DNA of 64,000 bases from Rhizaria sp. SCN 62-66 (taxonomy: Eukaryota). The translations under genes were made by a program, and so were the position numbers. This document shows positions 58,769 through 64,000 of the stretch, one piece after another (position 1 is the first letter of the stretch; each line of letters begins with the position of its first letter). A model generated the notes under the pieces. The model saw only the letters and a program-made list of their open reading frames with translations. It made no database searches and had not been told where the DNA came from. The stretch is from NCBI GenBank assembly GCA_001724265.1, contig MEDY01000224.1:1-64000 (forward strand), in the 5' to 3' direction.

Positions 58769-60376
58769 TCAATCGCTGCTAGTGCTAGCATCGATGCTGG
58801 TGCCAGTGTTGGTGTCAGCGCTCGCGCTCGGGGTCGTCCTGTCGGCAGAAATGGACTTTGACTCCTCAACCTTGACCTTCGCACCGGCATCATCAGCGTT
58901 CTCGCCGCGAGAGACAGCCTCGGCCCTGTGGAATGCAATACAATCAGAAGTCACAAGAGTAAGCGCAGATGTTGTGAGCACAAAGAAACAGTAAAATCAC
59001 TCGACACCGTTCCAAATACATACAAATCATAGTTAAACATTGCAAGATACATCGCACACGCAACGGGAGACCCATGCTGGCACACCCAACGTACCGCGCG
59101 ATACCGCTCTGGTCCGTGACGCCGCGCAGCAGCTGCTCGAGACCGGTCTCGTACGACTCCGGGCTCCTGTCCCGGCGGCGGGCCACCGCGCGCGGCGACG
59201 CCGAGGCCGTGGCGGGCAGACGCACCGCGGAGCCGGGGGTCGCGGGCGCGCCGCCGGACGCCAGCAGCGCCGCCGCGCGCGCGGCGGAGTGCGGGGGAGT
59301 CATGGCCACGGACGCCGCGGCGCTCGCAGCCTTGGTGGGGGTTGCTGAAGTAGATGTCGTGGATGTCACTGCTGCTGTTGATGTTGCTGTAGTTGACGGA
59401 GACTTCGCCACGGCGGTCGCGGTGTTGGCGCCGCGGACGGGGGTGGACGGGGCAGAGCGCTTGGCCGCCGCGCTCGAGCCCGCGCTGGCACCAGAAGGAA
59501 GCGCGCTGGCGTTGAGAGTGTTGTTGGTGGGGGTGCGAGACGGCGAGCGGGAGACACTTGCTCTCGCGCTCGAGCCGTCATCTGTCGTAGCAGCGGCGGC
59601 GGCGGAAGCAGCAGCAGCTCTACGGCTGGGAGAGCGCGAGCGCGACCGTGAGCGGGAACGGGTGCGAGAGCTGGAGCCAGAAGCACCCGCAGCAGCTGCG
59701 GGATGGGCATTGCGAGTGGCATCTGCGCTTGCACTGCTGCTGCTAGACTCAGTAGCGTCAAGAGTTGGAACAGCGGGGGGCGAAAACATCGGCGGGCGCG
59801 TCGACGGCCCCGCGCGCGCCGAGCTTCCAGTGCCAGCAGCGCTAGCGGCGCCGCTGCTGCTGTTCATAGGCGAGGCGAAGGTGGAAGGGGTTTTGGCAGG
59901 GCGCACGGGAGAATGCTGCAAGCGGTCGTACATGCGCTCCAAGATGTTGCCGCCGGGTGCCATGGCGCAGCCAGGGCGGCGCAGAGGGGACGCTGGAACG
60001 GGACGGGCATTTGGACGCAGCGGGGACTTCATGGGCACCTTCATCGGCGAAGATAACAGCTGCGTGGGGGGAATGTGACGCACCATTGGGTGCGCAGCGC
60101 TGGAGCGGGGACACAGGAACAGAGAGCAAAACGGGCATGAAACAGAGTCAAAAATTAGCCCATAGTAAAACAGTTGCGCTATTATGTCATATCAAGTTGC
60201 TGCAGCTAAGGACAAAGATCTGAAAGGTGAGGAGCGTACCGAGTGTCACTGTTGGGATCGGTGGAGGCGGTCTCTGAATTGGGGGGAGCAAGATAGTCGA
60301 CGGGGGCATACCCCGCGCCGGCGACGCGACGGCGCTTCGACTCTTGTTCAATCGAGTTTGCGTCACGATCGGACAT
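58769..60376 (-). CDS. Ser/Thr-Pro-rich disordered, probably nuclear protein; exons 60376-60240, 60099-59095, 58925-58769, ~432 aa
   Basis: Introns 60239-60100 (GTACGC..CAG) and 59094-58926 (GTACGT..CAG) are both phase 2 and join three track ORFs. KRRR NLS-like motif, RS dipeptide run, many SP/TP sites. TGA stop. Confidence 0.75.
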
Positions 60377-60711
60377 TTTGTCTGTGCGCAATTTTAACAA
60401 CTGTGCCCATCGCATATCGTGTCCAAAGTTGGCCTACCATCGGGCGCCAAACGGACAAGGCGGCCAGCTCCTGGTTTTTCGGAACAACTCACAAACGACG
60501 TAGCCCAACTTTCACGGTCAAATAACCCTCGCTATCAATCGTCAAGTGCTTATCGGGTCAATTTATAACGCATTAATGTGAGTTAAAGATGCTATAATTT
60601 CATTACTTGCTGCTTTGAAAGCAGTCTACCGCGTGCAAACCACATTCTTCTTACCCATCTATTTCGGGCCTCGCAATCCTCTCTTGCTTTCACATACAAT
60701 TACAGGCTGCG

Positions 60712-61680
60712 ATGTTCTTCTGTGTGACAGCGCGCAACCGTCTCCGCTCAGTCGCGTTTTTCGGCGCGCTCTACTCGCTCGCGGTTGCCTCGTACTGGGT
60801 TGCGACCAAGATGCGCGTGTTTTCCTTCCCTGACTGGCGCAACGAGGTGCACGAGTCCCTCGAGGAGTCCAACCTGGTGGCCGACGCAGTCGTCTTCTTC
60901 TTCCTCTTCCTGGGCTCCCTCACGCTTGGCTGCACCGCCGGACGCCCGCCCGCGCGCCTTGTCTCCTCCGCCGACATGTACGCCTCGGCCGGCAGCGTCC
61001 CGCGCACGTCCACCAAGCGCGGCGCGCTACTCGCCGACGATGTCGACAGTAACAGCAGCGCCCACGCTTACGACGACGGCCGCATCGCCAACGACAACTC
61101 CCCGCGCGCGCGCTACTTTGCCGCGTACGAGCGCATTGGCGTCAGCGACCCCACGTCGACGGGCTCCGTCCTGGGCCGCTTCTTCACCACGGTCGGCGCG
61201 TCGGCGATGCTGCTCTCGGGCGCCTTCCGCCTCCGCCTCGCGCTCGCGCTCAAGATCGCCACCACCGAGTCCCGCAGCGCCGCCGCATTCGAGATCACCA
61301 CCGCCGGTTTCTGCGTGCTCTACGGCTTCAGCGCGCTCTGCGTGCTCTTCCTGGCCGACCCCGGCCGTCTCCCGCCGCCGCCGCGTGAGGTCCTCAACCC
61401 GGAGGACACCTCCTTTTACGGCAGCCACCGCGCCGGGGCCGCGTCCTCCGCGCGCCAGGGCGGCGCCGCGGCCTTTCCGGGCGCCGACAGCGACGGGCTG
61501 TCGTTCCTCGACGGCGCCAACGGCAACGGCGGTGGCGCGGCGTCCGGCCGCGGCAGCGCCAACTCGGCCTACGGCGCGCGCAACGCCTACGGCGGCGGTG
61601 CGCAGGGCCGCGGGGAAAACAACTTCTACGGCGCGGGCGCGGTGCAGAGCTCGTACGCGCGCCAGGGCAACCGCTATTGA
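60712..61680 (+). CDS. Hypothetical four-TM membrane protein with a Gly/Tyr-rich cytoplasmic tail, 322 aa
   Basis: GC-rich ORF between AT-rich flanks, four hydrophobic segments, TGA stop. Confidence 0.75.
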   Translation: MFFCVTARNRLRSVAFFGALYSLAVASYWVATKMRVFSFPDWRNEVHESLEESNLVADAVVFFFLFLGSLTLGCTAGRPPARLVSSADMYASAGSVPRTSTKRGALLADDVDSNSSAHAYDDGRIANDNSPRARYFAAYERIGVSDPTSTGSVLGRFFTTVGASAMLLSGAFRLRLALALKIATTESRSAAAFEITTAGFCVLYGFSALCVLFLADPGRLPPPPREVLNPEDTSFYGSHRAGAASSARQGGAAAFPGADSDGLSFLDGANGNGGGAASGRGSANSAYGARNAYGGGAQGRGENNFYGAGAVQSSYARQGNRY

Positions 61681-63032
61681 GCGCAGAGAACGCGGAAACA
61701 CAAAGCAGAAGGGCGCTTGAGTGACCTCTGCATGTGACTTTGACTTGAGCTGGCCTGTCCAGTTTGCAGAGCCGAAAGCCAATTATTTGCTCAAGCTTAA
61801 TACAATATTACATTCAGTAAATTTTTTATGAAATATACGTGTGGTCATTTTCTTTATTTAAATTCTGTATTTTTAAATGACTATGATGTTTTTTAAATTG
61901 AATCGAGAGTGTTTAAAAACTGCATCCGGTCAAGAGTACAAGTGATTGGAGGTACGAATAGGTTTTAAAATGATATATTACCATGAGAAAAAAGATGTCA
62001 AAATCTATTGATATTATATGGATTAAAACAAGGAATGTACATACACAAAACACGTCACGTCTCATAATCAACATCTGTACGATCTATTCATCTCCTTCAC
62101 ACAGAGCAGCTCTCTTCCCTGACTGTTACCGCGATGATGCAGCGCGTGGCATAAGCTCGTAGGGCGTCGATGTTGCCGAAATTATTGCGTGTCGCTTTAC
62201 CTCACCTCTTGGACTGTGCTCCGCCACAAGCAAACTCCCTCCTCAACGTTAACGTTGCCAAGGTGCAGGGTGAGACTTTCAGCCAAGGTAACACCGTCTC
62301 CAACGCAGGTACGAGCTACGGTCTCTCTGTATCTCGCCTGCCACTCGTGGCGTCTTTGCACCTTGCCACACCATCCAAGCTCAGTTTACCATTGTCCCAG
62401 AAACAATCTCCCCGTATTCTGCCAATGGGAGCTGCGTCGTCCTTGGGTGTCATCACTCGCGCATTTGCCACGGCGGCGCGGGCAGTGATCGACTCTCGGT
62501 CCGTTTGTGGCTGCTGCTAGGTTCTCGGTTAAAGTGGCTGTTGACGAGGTAAATCTCAAAATGAACGTATTGACAACTGCGAGGGAGCGGTCCCTCCTTC
62601 TTGATATTCCGGCGGCTGAGTTCGACAAATTTAGATGATAGTTACGTCTGTACGTAGTACGTATGAGGCATTGATGCAGAAGAAGTACTATATTTCATGA
62701 GAAAGCAAGCTGAAAATCGGTGGTAAACGTCAAATTAGAGGTCATGATTGAATGAATAACATTCGTTCTATTGTGGATTATGTTGAACAACTTATAATCA
62801 ATTTCGCATCAACTGCAAATGCAGACAGTTTGATACGTACGACGTATTAGTCCGGAAAATTGTGGAATGGGACAGTCAAACAAATTAGAACAATACACTT
62901 GAAGAGAAGCAAATACGAAAGCTTAACAACACGTCAAATATCGAACAGAATAAGTAACAAACAGCAGCAACTAAAACACTTCTTGTATCAGTGTAAGTCC
63001 GCTGTACACAGTAAACAGCAGTCCTTTATAAC

Positions 63033-64000
63033 TTACTCGAAGTCGTCGAACGAGATGTCGAGGTCGAACGGGTCGTCATCGTCATCGTCCTGAGCAATGA
63101 TAGCCGCGGGAGCAGCAGCAGCAGCGCCGCCGGCCTTCCGGGGGGCAGGCTCGGGAATGCGCTGCACAGACTCGAACTTGTCGTCATCGTCGTCGTCATC
63201 AACGTCGTCGTCGTTGTTCTCATTGTCGGTGTCGTTGATGGACTGGCTGAGGTCCACGTCGCTGCTCGCAGGACTGGGCTCCAAACTGCTCGGCTCCACA
63301 GCCTCCGCCCCCGCGCCCGCGCCACGGAGGTTCGCAGGCGCCAGCGACGGAGTGCTGACCGTGAGAAGCGACGGCGTGCTCGCGCCGCCAGCGCCGCGGG
63401 CGTTGTTGCTGGGGGTTGCCTTGGCCGAGCTGGCAGCGCTGGCCTTGCCCTTGGCGGCCGCGGCGGGCAGCGGCGTGGGTGCGACGACAACGTCCTCATC
63501 GCCGCCATAGTCCGCAAGCTCAGGCGCAGCAGCAGCAGCAACAGGAGTGGCGTGATTGTACGCAGGCGGCGAGCCCGAGCCCTTGGGCTGGGACGGCTGC
63601 GCGCGGGGCGTCTGGTGCGGCGTGCGCTGCGGCGGTGGCGGCATGTTGCTGTGCAGCGTCGGCGCGAACACCGACTCGCGACGGTTCGCCGCGTCGTTGT
63701 CGTCCTTGTCATCGGCCTCAGCGCCAGCGTCGTTGCCCTTGGCATTGGCTCTGTGCGCGGCGAGCTCGGCCTGGGCGTCCGCCTGCGCCTGCGCCCGCGC
63801 GCGCGCACGGCGCGCCTCGGCGGCGTCGGCGGCCTCCTGGCCAACCGCCGCGAGCGCGGCCGCCGCGTCACCGCCGCTGCCGCCGTCTTCCTCGGCAATC
63901 GGCGCGGGCACGCCGCGCGGGCGGGAGCTCGCGGGTGCCAGGCGACGGCGGCTCGCGCTGCCGGGCGGGGACCCGCCAGCGGCGTTCTCGCTCTCGTTGG
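63033..64000 (-). CDS. 3' part of a hypothetical low-complexity protein with an acidic C-terminus; 5' end outside the window
   Basis: Frame open toward the window edge. Ends DDDDDDPFDLDISFDDFE then TAA. Confidence 0.75.
   Translation of the reverse strand, partial: NESENAAGGSPPGSASRRRLAPASSRPRGVPAPIAEEDGGSGGDAAAALAAVGQEAADAAEARRARARAQAQADAQAELAAHRANAKGNDAGAEADDKDDNDAANRRESVFAPTLHSNMPPPPQRTPHQTPRAQPSQPKGSGSPPAYNHATPVAAAAAPELADYGGDEDVVVAPTPLPAAAAKGKASAASSAKATPSNNARGAGGASTPSLLTVSTPSLAPANLRGAGAGAEAVEPSSLEPSPASSDVDLSQSINDTDNENNDDDVDDDDDDDKFESVQRIPEPAPRKAGGAAAAAPAAIIAQDDDDDDPFDLDISFDDFE

Noticed and set aside
62100-62640. ORF 62170..62520 ending in TAG, a potential counter-example or pseudogene
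   Set aside because: Flanked in frame by TAA five codons before the ATG and TAA four codons after the TAG, with no recognisable product or typical codon bias. Not supportable as a gene, so it was not counted in the stop census.
1-64000. tRNA genes (especially a CUA-anticodon tRNA), rRNA, eRF1 or transposase/RT genes
   Set aside because: TTCGA-containing sites (e.g. ~1196, 3690, 39998) do not form cloverleaves by eye, and no such genes were recognised. A tRNAscan-SE run is still advisable.

Overview
Gene-dense eukaryotic nuclear DNA from an unidentified protist. Coding regions are GC- and Ala-rich, intergenic spacers are AT-rich, and introns are short spliceosomal ones with a tight GTACG donor. 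I can support about 17 protein-coding genes: the 5' end of RPS10, a multi-pass membrane protein, a 1573-aa hypothetical protein, an acylated EEPKA-repeat protein, a Spherulin-4/GH135 protein, a small thioredoxin-like-fold protein, a ~6445-aa ASH/MSP-Ig plus coiled-coil protein (with one frameshift), VAC14, MRPL46, a 2430-aa PPR-like protein, a His-box desaturase, a secreted acidic EGF protein, an LRR protein and several hypotheticals. The main signal is an apparent non-standard genetic code. Six in-frame TAG codons interrupt three otherwise continuous genes, with no in-frame TAA or TGA, while all 16 gene ends I can see use TAA (9) or TGA (7) and none uses TAG. UAG therefore looks like a sense codon (Gln favoured, Leu possible) while UAA still terminates, a rare decoupling of UAG from UAA. 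Gene models and family calls were made by eye, without database searches.
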